Part shown: piece by piece, positions 18,334-27,916 of the stretch
How the letters are laid out: every line of letters starts with the position of its first letter
Position numbering within the stretch: the stretch's first letter is position 1
Virus record (IMG/VR): IMGVR_UViG_3300041964_000099
Location: 1 to 64,000 of that record
DNA: 64,000 bases
Reading direction: 5' to 3' (one strand)
Source of the DNA: a virus
Notes under the pieces: model-generated
What the model saw: only the letters and a program-made list of their open reading frames with translations
The model's database searches: none
Told to the model about the DNA's origin: nothing
Position numbers and translations under genes: made by a program

Positions 18334-19225
18334 AGTGGGCTGGAACAACCAGCACAGTGCCGTAGAAGTCAAATATATTCGCTACAGTGCCGTAGAAGTC
18401 AAATATCCTCGCTCTGATCGAGAGCATCAAGATTCCTATCTGCGATTTCTCGACCTTCCCCCGCAAATCAAAAATACGCTGTGGCTAGAGTACACAGCAG
18501 ACGGTTATGTGTTGAGCGGTAAGGGTCTCGCTACCAGTCTGGAGAGTTGGCAAGCTAAAGCAGTCGAAGAGAAAAAAGCCATACTGCTGCCAAACAATCA
18601 GTTTTTATTTGATGTTGAAATGCCTCAAGAAAACAGTCAGATTAGACGGTCTGACAGCTTGACATCTTGGGACTGTTCTTTTAACGGCCAACAGTTTGAC
18701 GGGTTTGAAACTCGGCTGCAAGCTGAGCGCTTTTTGGCACGGCTGTGGCAGCGATCGAAAGGGTTATACTTCATCGACTTAGACGATGACGATCGCCTCA
18801 AAAAATTGCAGGCCGAATACCAAAATCCTAACTTGGGGCGCAGTCGCCAAGCCTATTGTGACTTGCAAAAATACTGCATCTCTGTTGGCTTTGAAGCTGT
18901 GCCGTGGTGCATCCGCGCCGAAGCAAATGATGTGACGGAAAAGGGCGATTCCATCTGGTTTGATTTTCAAGCACTGCCAAAATGGACAGGCAATTACTAT
19001 GCTGTGCAGGCAGCAATAGACGGCACAGAAGACTTTGGCGCTGCAATTGTTAAAGCTGATGTTGTCAGCTTTACGCTCCACACCCTGATCGATGCAGCCG
19101 TAGGGTGGTTTGCAGATAACGAGACCGGCAACATGCAAAGCATTAAGATGCAAGCCGAAAAAGTGCAGCAGGCGATCGCCGCAGCCGTAAAAGCAGAAAT
19201 TGTAGGAGCTGCCGATAGCGATTGA
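18317..19225 (+). CDS. hypothetical protein
   Basis: 302 aa; AGGAG RBS; carries a 30-bp-period internal duplication. Confidence 0.7.
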   Translation: MKIIAKVGWNNQHSAVEVKYIRYSAVEVKYPRSDREHQDSYLRFLDLPPQIKNTLWLEYTADGYVLSGKGLATSLESWQAKAVEEKKAILLPNNQFLFDVEMPQENSQIRRSDSLTSWDCSFNGQQFDGFETRLQAERFLARLWQRSKGLYFIDLDDDDRLKKLQAEYQNPNLGRSRQAYCDLQKYCISVGFEAVPWCIRAEANDVTEKGDSIWFDFQALPKWTGNYYAVQAAIDGTEDFGAAIVKADVVSFTLHTLIDAAVGWFADNETGNMQSIKMQAEKVQQAIAAAVKAEIVGAADSD

Positions 19226-19272
19226 CTGGAGCAATGGAGACTTCGATCGAGTAGAGGAACAGCTAAAAAACC

Positions 19273-19563
19273 ATGTTGAGCAAAGCAATTCCGTTTGAGC
19301 AGGCGATCGAATACGTCGGCTATGTGGTCGATGATGCCTTAAATGGCCGCAGAGTTGAAGATGACCAGCACGCCGTTGTTACAGACAATAGCGTGTTGGT
19401 CGGCTGGCAGTGCGGTTTCGAGCCGATGTTTGTTGCCGTCAATTCTGCCTGTGGCGGCAAGCTGGGAACAGGAGATGCTGAGCAGATCGCGACCGACTAT
19501 CTCCTAGAAATCGGCTGGCTCACAGAAGAGAGATATCCCGAACACATTCTTGTAAAGGAGTAA
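19273..19563 (+). CDS. hypothetical protein
   Basis: 96 aa, co-oriented. Confidence 0.6.
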   Translation: MLSKAIPFEQAIEYVGYVVDDALNGRRVEDDQHAVVTDNSVLVGWQCGFEPMFVAVNSACGGKLGTGDAEQIATDYLLEIGWLTEERYPEHILVKE

Positions 19564-19566
19564 AAA

Positions 19567-20544
19567 ATGTCTTTTCACAATGCAACCTACGATGCAACCC
19601 AGCCCCTAGAAAATTGTGAATTTAAGCACTTAAACAACCAAATTGGGGTGACGGTCAGCGAACTCTTGAAAGAACATGCTGGCGTTGGTGGGCCAGCAGT
19701 TGAAATCACCACAGAAAATGCCACCATCTCAACCATAACCACTGCTGACTGGGTTCGAGTTGAGAACTGGCCCCAAGCAGCAGCCAGCAACCTAGAGGCA
19801 GCAGTCAACAAGTTGGACGTATTAATCAAGGAGCTGACGCGGCATCGCGATCGCCTGCGAAAGGAACAGGAAAAGCTGCATTCAGATCATGATTTGGGCT
19901 ATCTGCCCCCTCGAATCAGCACCAGGCTAACGCTGCCAGAACTAATTGCTGTGTTTGGCAGTCGCGACCAAAAGAAAACCGACTACGGCACAACAATTCA
20001 CAGCGGCCACCTGTTTGCAGGTACAAGCGATCGGGCTGTGTCTATCCTTCGCAAACTGCTGCCGAGCAGCTTTTATTTAATTAGCGGCTGGTCAAACCGT
20101 GATTTTCGCGGGATTTGGCTTTCAGACGAGCTGAAGGCCGAATTTACCTATGCTGAAGGCGATACTTCAATCGAAGTTGCTAAAACAGCAGAACAATACA
20201 CTGCTCTTGTGCAGAGTTCGCATGAATTCTACACGATTCAAGAACGGACTGGGCACAGCATAATCACAAACAAGCTGCCGCTGGCCCAGGCAGCGATCGC
20301 TTTACTGAGCGACGACTGGCGAAGGTTCAAGCTGCTCCGGTGCGAAGAACTGATTACCAGCAGCTTAGATATTAAAGAGCTGTGGGAGCGGGCAGAACTG
20401 GAACTAAAGACCAACCCCGCAATGCTAGGGATTGAAGATCCCACGGGCTGCCGCGTCAACTTTGATGCCCAATCGATCGAGACTGCCAAAGCGGAAGATA
20501 GTTGGATATTACAGACCTTCCCAAAGCCTTTAGACCTGGCGTGA
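19567..20544 (+). CDS. multi-module hypothetical protein (WLSDELKA module)
   Basis: 325 aa; shares a module with 23713-24357. Confidence 0.7.
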   Translation: MSFHNATYDATQPLENCEFKHLNNQIGVTVSELLKEHAGVGGPAVEITTENATISTITTADWVRVENWPQAAASNLEAAVNKLDVLIKELTRHRDRLRKEQEKLHSDHDLGYLPPRISTRLTLPELIAVFGSRDQKKTDYGTTIHSGHLFAGTSDRAVSILRKLLPSSFYLISGWSNRDFRGIWLSDELKAEFTYAEGDTSIEVAKTAEQYTALVQSSHEFYTIQERTGHSIITNKLPLAQAAIALLSDDWRRFKLLRCEELITSSLDIKELWERAELELKTNPAMLGIEDPTGCRVNFDAQSIETAKAEDSWILQTFPKPLDLA

Positions 20545-20658
20545 AACTGAATGAACCGGAAAAGTACAGGCGATCGATTTCATTGCGAAGTCGATCGCTT
20601 TTGCTAAGGAGCCAAATTTCTAGACACCGTTGAACTTTTAATTTTCTAGGGGGTTATT

Positions 20659-21144
20659 GTGAAGCGATTCTATCAACTGAATGAGTCGGAACAGCAGGCA
20701 GCAATCGATCTCTGTCTGTCCAGCTTTTTGGAGCGTGTTTGTAATGGAGACATGCGCCTTGATGACACAGATCTGCAATCTCGAATCGATCAACTAGCGG
20801 CAGAACTGAGGCAAAAGAATCAAGCTTGGCGCTTGCTCGACCATTTGAAGCAAGATGAAACCGTTGTAGCAGCAGTGCGATCAATGGCAGAAGCAATGGC
20901 TAAAAAGGCCCGCTACACTGAGCCTGGAGAAGTCGCGATCGCTAACATCGCTTCTGAGTCAAATGCCGCTGAAGAAACGATCACCTGCCCTAAATGTCAA
21001 GGAATTGCAGGTGACACAGAGTTTGGCAGCGAAGCCTTTGTTGAACATGGCGAGTGGGAAGGAAAGCGATACGAAGTTGAAGGCAATTGCTCAGCCTGGG
21101 ATTGCACAGAATGCGCTACGACTTTCTACATTCTTGAGGATTAG
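20659..21144 (+). CDS. hypothetical protein with C-terminal zinc-ribbon-like CxxC...CxxC
   Basis: CPKC and CTEC; GTG start. Confidence 0.65.
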   Translation: MKRFYQLNESEQQAAIDLCLSSFLERVCNGDMRLDDTDLQSRIDQLAAELRQKNQAWRLLDHLKQDETVVAAVRSMAEAMAKKARYTEPGEVAIANIASESNAAEETITCPKCQGIAGDTEFGSEAFVEHGEWEGKRYEVEGNCSAWDCTECATTFYILED

Positions 21145-21201
21145 CGCTGTTCTGTAGCCCTACCACGACAGTTTTTTACTACTCTACAAACCAGAAACAT
21201 C

Positions 21202-22410
21202 ATGAAATTCATTGCAAACATATCCCGCGAGCTGCGGGCGATCGCCGCCTGCGTTGCCGCCAAGCCTTCAGACCTTCTTCGCTACGTCAAAATAACAGCA
21301 ACCAACACAACGAATACAGTCTTTCTAACCGCATCCACCGAGAATGAAGTCATTCACTTCTCAACCAAGGCAGAGGTAATGCAGCCTGGAGAAGATTGCT
21401 ATCGACTCAGTGACCTGGCTGCACTCTTCAAAGAAGCAAAGGTACGCGGCAGCGCTGAAATGGAATTTGATAATGAAAATGTTGCTGTTTGCGAAGTCAA
21501 CAAAGTCATTAGCACCAAGCCAGTCAGCAAATTCCCCAAATTAGACTATACGATCGCCAATCCAGACCAGATGATAGAGATACCCCGCTTTGACCTTGGC
21601 AATATTGCCGATCGGGTTGCCTATGCCTGTAGCAATGACCCGACAAAACCAAATCTTACAGGGGTTCACTTCCAGGGTAATTATGCTGCTGCAACAAACG
21701 GGCATCGCATAGCCCAGCTCAGGTTGAATTTCTGGGTTAAAGAGCCTTTCATGTTTCCAGTGTCTTCGCTCAAGCGTGTCAGTCTATTGCTTAACAAAAC
21801 TGACGAAGAAGGGCGAACTGTGCAGATTGGACTTCATAGCCCCAGCGAAATTCTTGTGAAAGCCGATGGCGAGGGCAATACTACGCTAACAGTTCAGATC
21901 AAGACAGCCAAGGCCGCACACCCCCACTATCAAAACTTGATTCAGCATCACTTCAGCAAGCAAATTGGCGTCTCAAGAAAACAATGGTGCAATGCGATTA
22001 AAGAGCTGATTCCCTTCAGCGAGCCGAGTGAAGTTGTGAAGGGATCGGCGATCGTCACGCTGTCACAGTTTGACAACGATGGCGGATGCACAATTACAGG
22101 CCGATCGCAGCCGATTGCTGGCCTGCGGTTAGACTGTGAAATCATCAATGACGACCCAAAGAATCCTTTGGTGGACAACAACGGCGATGGCTATCACATC
22201 AACGTTGAAGGTCGATATTTGCGAGAGGCGATCGCTGCTTGCTCAGGTGAAAAAGTGATTGTTTCCTTCAATGGAAACACCTCACCGTTTGTCGTGAGGT
22301 GCAGCAACGATGAAACTCATTTGCTCATGCCAGTCACCGGCTCTACAGATCGAAACAGCGGTCAGCTAAGACTCGCAAAACACTGCAAACCATTGTTTAG
22401 AAAGGCTTAG
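21202..22410 (+). CDS. dnaN: DNA polymerase III beta (sliding clamp) homolog
   Basis: DPTKPNLTGVHF, AATNGHRIA, HPHYQNLI, GRYLREAI...FNGNTSPFVV...LLMPV match DnaN conserved blocks; about 400 aa. Confidence 0.8.
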   Translation: MKFIANISRELRAIAACVAAKPSDLLRYVKITATNTTNTVFLTASTENEVIHFSTKAEVMQPGEDCYRLSDLAALFKEAKVRGSAEMEFDNENVAVCEVNKVISTKPVSKFPKLDYTIANPDQMIEIPRFDLGNIADRVAYACSNDPTKPNLTGVHFQGNYAAATNGHRIAQLRLNFWVKEPFMFPVSSLKRVSLLLNKTDEEGRTVQIGLHSPSEILVKADGEGNTTLTVQIKTAKAAHPHYQNLIQHHFSKQIGVSRKQWCNAIKELIPFSEPSEVVKGSAIVTLSQFDNDGGCTITGRSQPIAGLRLDCEIINDDPKNPLVDNNGDGYHINVEGRYLREAIAACSGEKVIVSFNGNTSPFVVRCSNDETHLLMPVTGSTDRNSGQLRLAKHCKPLFRKA

Positions 22411-22417
22411 AAAAACA

Positions 22418-22783
22418 ATGACAAATCTAATTGAAGCCTGCGAGAACACAATCCAGCGTAAAGACGGCTGGCTCGACGAATTGACGCGAGCGATCGCTAT
22501 TTCCGAAAAGTCAGATTGGCACAGCTTGTATGAGCGAGGGGTTGAGCTGCTAGCCGACCCAGCCAATCCCCAGCGGCTCGATCGACTTAATGACGCCTGG
22601 ATATACTTTCTCCGCTGGAAATGTTCTGGTTGTAATGACCACGGACAAGAGCGTTACTCCTGCGGCTGTTATGCAGGCCGCTATTGCGATATCCACTGGG
22701 ACAGCAGCGGGTATCGCGACGAGGGCGATCGCATCGACTATTTAGATGCTGGGGAGTATGAAACAGAGATAGATGCCTACTGA
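22418..22783 (+). CDS. Cys-rich hypothetical protein
   Basis: 121 aa; CSGC, CGC..C..H. Confidence 0.6.
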   Translation: MTNLIEACENTIQRKDGWLDELTRAIAISEKSDWHSLYERGVELLADPANPQRLDRLNDAWIYFLRWKCSGCNDHGQERYSCGCYAGRYCDIHWDSSGYRDEGDRIDYLDAGEYETEIDAY

Positions 22784-22807
22784 CGCAGACCAGCTTTTCA
22801 TGCCTGC

Positions 22808-22836
22808 CGATCGCCCGTAATTACGGGCGATTTTTT
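22808..22836 (+). repeat. CGATCGCCCG hairpin repeat, copy 1 (loop collapsed)
   Basis: ATCGCCCGTAATTACGGGCGAT perfect palindrome plus T-tract. Confidence 0.8.
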
Positions 22837-22868
22837 ATGCTGGCAATGCCAAATTTGAGAGCAGTTCT

Positions 22869-23348
22869 ATGGACAAGATTTTAGGGGGTCATACCTCATT
22901 CGAGACCGCTTTCATTCAAGATGACTATCCTTATGGTCAAACATTATTGCGCTGCCAGAGAGCTGTCTGGGTGGAAACAGCGACCAAAGGAAAATGCAAC
23001 AATGACATGCGATTCTGCTATCGCATGACAAACCCTCGACAGAATGATCGCTGGAACAATCGTCAGGCCGAACTCTATTACCCGTTCGTGATGATGTACA
23101 TCAACGATACGACCGAGGGCGCGATCAATCAAATCAAGCGCATTGAACTTCGCTGGAAAACATCAGCAAAAGAGCTTGATGATTTTAAGGCGAAATGGAT
23201 GAATCAAATTCAAGAGCAGCCCTACATCCTCAAGCGTTTTGAAATGTATGAAAAATGGTGGCAATACATTCAAGAAAGAGTAATCAACTCAGCCCGACTG
23301 CAAGGTATTGACGAAGCGACAGCTCTGTACAGCTTTTCTAACCTCTAG
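22869..23348 (+). CDS. hypothetical protein
   Basis: 159 aa. Confidence 0.65.
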   Translation: MDKILGGHTSFETAFIQDDYPYGQTLLRCQRAVWVETATKGKCNNDMRFCYRMTNPRQNDRWNNRQAELYYPFVMMYINDTTEGAINQIKRIELRWKTSAKELDDFKAKWMNQIQEQPYILKRFEMYEKWWQYIQERVINSARLQGIDEATALYSFSNL

Positions 23349-23390
23349 CACTGCTCACAATTTCACTCGATCGCCTGCAAGGAAGGGGAT

Positions 23391-23654
23391 ATGTCCAAAT
23401 CTAAAAGCACCAAGCGTCATGTGACGCTGAGAGTTTGCAATGGAGAGTATGGGCATACTCTCCACATTTTGATTGAAGGCGGAGGCTTGCGGTACGCCAC
23501 AACTGTGGCCCGAAATTACTACGACCATCTCAACCGCAGAGATGGGAATGTGTTTTATTTCAACCTTGATGAAGTGTCTGTACAAGTTCAAACCTGTGAA
23601 CCCATCACAGAAGAAGAGTTTGAGACACTTGCAAAGTTCTTGCCTGTTATGTAG
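23391..23654 (+). CDS. hypothetical protein
   Basis: 87 aa; AAGGAAGGGG RBS. Confidence 0.6.
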   Translation: MSKSKSTKRHVTLRVCNGEYGHTLHILIEGGGLRYATTVARNYYDHLNRRDGNVFYFNLDEVSVQVQTCEPITEEEFETLAKFLPVM

Positions 23655-23674
23655 CTCTGCACTGTAATTTCATT

Positions 23675-23717
23675 CACTCGATCGCCCGTAATGTCTTGCG
23701 GGCGATTTTTTCATGTC
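23675..23717 (+). repeat. CGATCGCCCG hairpin repeat, copy 2
   Basis: CACTCGATCGCCCGTA-ATGTCT-TGCGGGCGAT-TTTTT-CATGTC. Confidence 0.85.
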
Positions 23718-24357
23718 TAAAATTCATTCAGGTAACACCATGACATACCCAACCCGTGCCGAATTAGAAGCGCAAGGATTGAAACTGCGCGGAACCTATA
23801 CAGGCCCATTGACGCTGGAATATGCGAAGGGAATTCTTGCTGATTTTCAGGCAAAGACTTTTGCCGATGGATCGCCGACTTTTCCCAATGTGCAGATTGT
23901 CAGTCAAGACACCGGCTACAACGTGGTCTACACCGAGGAATCGGCCCCAGAGTGGCATCCGACTGGAAATGCAAGACTCGATCCCCTAATCAATTGCTTT
24001 GGCAACAAAGAGATTGACACCAGCGATCGCGGCACAACCATTTACAGAGGCTTCACGCTGAGCGAATTCCTCAACATCTCTAACCTGGAAAGCTCCTTTC
24101 ATGAAGTCGATAGCTGGGCAGATGGCTTCTATCGCCGCGTTTGGCTCTCCGATGAACTGAAAGCCTGTTTCAGCTACTGCGAAGGCGATACTTCGATCGA
24201 GATTGCGGCTGATGATTCGCAGTATCGAAAAATGATTTGGAGCGCTCACAGCTTCTACTGCGGTCGCGAAGGTAAAGATACCGAATTGCCGCAGGCATTG
24301 ACGATCGCCGCTGAAGCGCTGGGCCTGTACTCTAATCCCAGCCCAGCTAACAACTAA
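23713..24357 (+). CDS. multi-module hypothetical protein (WLSDELKA module)
   Basis: 214-aa ORF; true start possibly the downstream MTYP. Confidence 0.65.
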   Translation: MSKIHSGNTMTYPTRAELEAQGLKLRGTYTGPLTLEYAKGILADFQAKTFADGSPTFPNVQIVSQDTGYNVVYTEESAPEWHPTGNARLDPLINCFGNKEIDTSDRGTTIYRGFTLSEFLNISNLESSFHEVDSWADGFYRRVWLSDELKACFSYCEGDTSIEIAADDSQYRKMIWSAHSFYCGREGKDTELPQALTIAAEALGLYSNPSPANN

Positions 24358-24362
24358 ACCCT

Positions 24363-24404
24363 CACTCGATCGCCCGTAATGTCTTGCGGGCGATTTTTCA
24401 TGTC
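24363..24404 (+). repeat. CGATCGCCCG hairpin repeat, copy 3
   Basis: Identical to copy 2 apart from one fewer T. Confidence 0.85.
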
Positions 24405-24428
24405 CAAAACACCTATAGAAGGCTTGAT

Positions 24429-25580
24429 ATGACTGAAGAAACCCGATCGCTGGAGGAAAAGCGCGAAGCCATTCGCAAATTTGGTCTGACCATCACCCAA
24501 ACCAAAACCCAGCCGACTCGTGCAAGCAAAAAGCCTCGCGACGTTTGGGAAATCGATGGCGTCAACAAGCGCAAATATGAATACATCTTGCGCGACCAAC
24601 TGGGCTTAAAAATGTGGCGCGGCAAATTCACAGCATGGTCAGACCCAACCGATGCACTGCTGGCAGCGCTGGAAGAAGGTGAAGCGCTGACTGTAGCAGA
24701 GATTCAGGAATATGCTGCCGATCGATCGCTGACCAGGGCGCAACGGTTCAGCCAGCGCAGCAGCAAAGCAGTACAGGAGCGCAACCGCCGCCGTCAAGCC
24801 TCCAGTCAAATTGCTGAACAATTCTATGGTGGTCAGCCGATTCTAGTCGGGCATCACTCCGAACGTCGGGCGCGACGCGCTCAGGCTCGAATGTGGAACC
24901 ACATGACAAAAAGCGTCGCGGCTGACAAAAAAGCAAAAGCGCTTGACAGACGTGCAGCAGGCGCAGAGAGCCGCGCCGAAATGAAAACTGACTACACGCT
25001 CGAATATGCAGGCAACCGGCTCAAAGAGGCCAAAGCCGAATTTAATACGGCTGTGCGCAACGTTACGGTTCAGCGTCTCAACTATGTCTGGTATCGCGGC
25101 GATAATGCCGACTTCAAAGACCAGCAGGCTGAGGTGCTGGAGGTCTCCAAAGATCGCAAAACTGTCAACCTCTGCTTCGAGCAGAAGAATGCGGATGGAG
25201 AGACTGACTGGCCGACACTGATGGATGTGCCAATGAAACAGGTAGAGCTAGTGGCAAGCGAAGCCTACCTGCACGACCAGGCGCTACGCCGCAAGAATGC
25301 AGAAGAAGCGATCGCCCACTGGACAGCCGAAGTCGTGCGGCTGGGAGGCGATCGCTACAGCAAAGACACCATTAAGGTCGGTGATTTTGTTTGTTCGGGG
25401 TGTGGGCTGAGCGAAGTGGTGCGCGTCAATGCGAAGTCAGTCACGGTCAAAACTGAATATTCCTGGACGGAACCCGTGCCCTATCACAAAATCAAGCAGC
25501 ATTTTACAGCCGCTCAAGTGAAAGAAGCGCAGGCAAAGAAAGCCGCCAAAGCCGCAGCAAAAGCCGCTGCCGCAGAGTAA
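24429..25580 (+). CDS. DUF3560 domain-containing protein
   Basis: GGQPILVGHHSERRARR..RM...M.KSV signature; probable ATG 24429. Confidence 0.8.
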   Translation: MTEETRSLEEKREAIRKFGLTITQTKTQPTRASKKPRDVWEIDGVNKRKYEYILRDQLGLKMWRGKFTAWSDPTDALLAALEEGEALTVAEIQEYAADRSLTRAQRFSQRSSKAVQERNRRRQASSQIAEQFYGGQPILVGHHSERRARRAQARMWNHMTKSVAADKKAKALDRRAAGAESRAEMKTDYTLEYAGNRLKEAKAEFNTAVRNVTVQRLNYVWYRGDNADFKDQQAEVLEVSKDRKTVNLCFEQKNADGETDWPTLMDVPMKQVELVASEAYLHDQALRRKNAEEAIAHWTAEVVRLGGDRYSKDTIKVGDFVCSGCGLSEVVRVNAKSVTVKTEYSWTEPVPYHKIKQHFTAAQVKEAQAKKAAKAAAKAAAAE

Positions 25581-25598
25581 TTCAACCTCTCTTAACGT

Positions 25599-25632
25599 TC
25601 GATCGCCCGTACTGTCTCGCGGGCGATTTTTT
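25599..25632 (+). repeat. CGATCGCCCG hairpin repeat, copy 4
   Basis: TCGATCGCCCGTA-CTGTCT-CGCGGGCGAT-TTTTT. Confidence 0.85.
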
Positions 25633-25660
25633 GTTGCCAATTTCACTCTAGGAAAAAGTT

Positions 25661-26986
25661 ATGAAGCTTGCAGAACTGAATGCTTTCCGTGTCAAAATCC
25701 GCAAACTGGAAGCCACACCGCAGGAAATCAAAGACAAATGGGTTGAGTTTAAGGCTAGCCAAAACGCGATCACAGCCGAACTCAAGCAGCTCCAAAAGAA
25801 GCAATTGCTGAGAATGTGCGGCTATGGTTGCAGCACCGCTTTCAGAAAAGATCGCCTGGTCAGCATCGCTTTGAAAAACATGATGCAATCATTCGCCCCT
25901 GGCGATACGTTTACTTATGAGCCACACAATCAAACGGTTGAACAAGCCGTTGATGAACAGGTAGAGACCTGGACAGATGAGCTGATTGCAGCGTTGAAAA
26001 ATCCGAAACCGCAACCGGCCTACACACCCCCACCCCCCAGCCCGAAAGAACTTCAACGCCGTGAGGAAGAAGCTAAAGGTGAGGAATGGCTGAAGCTGCA
26101 CAAGCCGAGCTGGGCTGAAGCTGTGATCGTGGCAGAACTGCATCGCGACACATCAGACACACTATCTGACTATCACGGCAGCGAAGTTGAAAAATTTGTG
26201 GTGCTGGCCTGGAGCAAACACACTCGCGATTTGTTCTCTGAAATGAGGCAAGCTGCCGATCGATATCCAGAAACACAGCATTTAGGCACAGACAAGGGGA
26301 TTTTCCGAATTTACAAAAACCCCAACCCTGACTATCCCGATGAACGCAATCGCCGATTATTTGAGTACAACGGGAAAGACTGGTGGCCCACGCTCGAAGA
26401 AGCTGAAGCCGTTGCCCAGGAAGTTGAGCGGCGGGATGCTGAACATATTGCCAAGCGTAAAGCTGGAGTCATTGACCATTCCTACGTCACTCAACTGCCG
26501 TTTGGCTACTTCATTAAAGGCAGTGAAGACAAGATCGAAAATCGAGAAAAATACGCGATGGGGCATGGCTATTATCTGGGCCATGATCGATATAGAGGCT
26601 GGCAAGTTTTCAAGCGGCAGTTTAGTTCTGGAATGGCAGAGGTGGCCGCAGCAATCGGGCGCGGCGACCACATACTTGAGGTTAATCCACCGCAGCAGGC
26701 TCAGCGCTCATCAAAGCGATCGACTAGCCCAGTTCAGCCCAAAGACATCAAGCCACTGACGTTGCCAGAAGGCGTGGAATTGACAATTATCGAATCCCAG
26801 CACACCCAAACAAAAGAAAAGCTGTGGTGTGTGAAAATTTCGCAAAAAGTGGAACGCTCACTTTACAACGAACTCAATAATCGCGCTAAGCAGCTAGGGG
26901 GATACTATTCCAGCTTTAGGCGAGATGGCGCGATTCCTGGCTTCTTATTTAAGGAAGAAGCCAAAGCCAAGCTGTTCATTAGCTAA
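25661..26986 (+). CDS. multi-module (polyvalent-type) hypothetical protein
   Basis: 441 aa; LAWSKHTRDLFSEMR, ENREKYAMGHGYYL and RAKQLGGYYSSF..GFLF blocks resemble conjugative-element proteins. Confidence 0.7.
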   Translation: MKLAELNAFRVKIRKLEATPQEIKDKWVEFKASQNAITAELKQLQKKQLLRMCGYGCSTAFRKDRLVSIALKNMMQSFAPGDTFTYEPHNQTVEQAVDEQVETWTDELIAALKNPKPQPAYTPPPPSPKELQRREEEAKGEEWLKLHKPSWAEAVIVAELHRDTSDTLSDYHGSEVEKFVVLAWSKHTRDLFSEMRQAADRYPETQHLGTDKGIFRIYKNPNPDYPDERNRRLFEYNGKDWWPTLEEAEAVAQEVERRDAEHIAKRKAGVIDHSYVTQLPFGYFIKGSEDKIENREKYAMGHGYYLGHDRYRGWQVFKRQFSSGMAEVAAAIGRGDHILEVNPPQQAQRSSKRSTSPVQPKDIKPLTLPEGVELTIIESQHTQTKEKLWCVKISQKVERSLYNELNNRAKQLGGYYSSFRRDGAIPGFLFKEEAKAKLFIS

Positions 26987-27465
26987 TGACTATAAACTGG
27001 CAGCAGCGGCCTTGCTGCTGCCAAACTTTTCGGAGATTTTTCATGGGGTCAGCAGCATACAGACGGGGTAGCAAACTTGTTCGCGAACAAATCGACGTAG
27101 ACCAAGCTGCCAATCAGCCGTCAGCATTAAAAGTCGCGATCGAAGCTCAGTCCCAGCAGTTCGCAGAAGCAAAAGCAAAAGTTGAAAAGCTAGAAACAGA
27201 TTTGCTAACTGTTAGAAATGCTTATGCGCGTCGTAATGCAGAAGCTAAAGCTCTGAAACTTGAAATTCAAGAGCTACGAGCTGAAGTGAAGCGGCTGCAA
27301 GAAGTTGATGCCAACCAATCTAAACGGCTAAAAGAAATGCGACGGCGCTGGCTTGTAGCTAGCGGAGTCTTGAGAAATCAATTCTCTTCAGAGGACATCG
27401 ATCGCATGAAAGAAGAAGTTTATCAGCAGCATCCAGAGCTGCGGCGCAATGACTCAACCACTTGA
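26986..27465 (+). CDS. coiled-coil hypothetical protein
   Basis: 159 aa; TAATG coupling. Confidence 0.6.
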   Translation: MTINWQQRPCCCQTFRRFFMGSAAYRRGSKLVREQIDVDQAANQPSALKVAIEAQSQQFAEAKAKVEKLETDLLTVRNAYARRNAEAKALKLEIQELRAEVKRLQEVDANQSKRLKEMRRRWLVASGVLRNQFSSEDIDRMKEEVYQQHPELRRNDSTT

Positions 27466-27895
27466 ACAAACGGCCCCGGCCCCGATCGCCTGCAACTGCG
27501 GCTTAGGCGTTTTGATGTGCAAAACCTGCCCTTGCACCGTCACTCCTGATGAAGCTCGCTGGCTGTACAACCGAGGCTATGGCGATCGCCTTATGCTCAA
27601 CTGGATTGGCGATCAGCAGCAACCCGATGCCGTGTTCCTAATGTGCGCAGTCAAAGGGTTCTGTGGGCAAATCGCCCCAGAGCAGTTTCACTCAAGCTGC
27701 ACATTCTTGGATGGGCGCGATCGCTGTGAGCTGCACAGCAAAGGACTCAAACCACTTGAAGGGGCAACGGCCTGCTGCCAGCGGCCCAATGCAGCGGCAT
27801 CAGAACTGCATGATCGGATTACTCAGCTTTGGATGCAGCCGGAAAATCAAGCCTTTCTTGAGCGTTGGAAGACTAAGTATTTAGATATCCGCTAA
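27449..27895 (+). CDS. Cys-rich metal-binding protein (YkgJ-like)
   Basis: CNC..CKTCPC...CTFLD..RCELH..KP..G..AC. Confidence 0.6.
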   Translation: MTQPLEQTAPAPIACNCGLGVLMCKTCPCTVTPDEARWLYNRGYGDRLMLNWIGDQQQPDAVFLMCAVKGFCGQIAPEQFHSSCTFLDGRDRCELHSKGLKPLEGATACCQRPNAAASELHDRITQLWMQPENQAFLERWKTKYLDIR

Positions 27896-27916
27896 ACCGA
27901 AATCAACCAGTCAACC

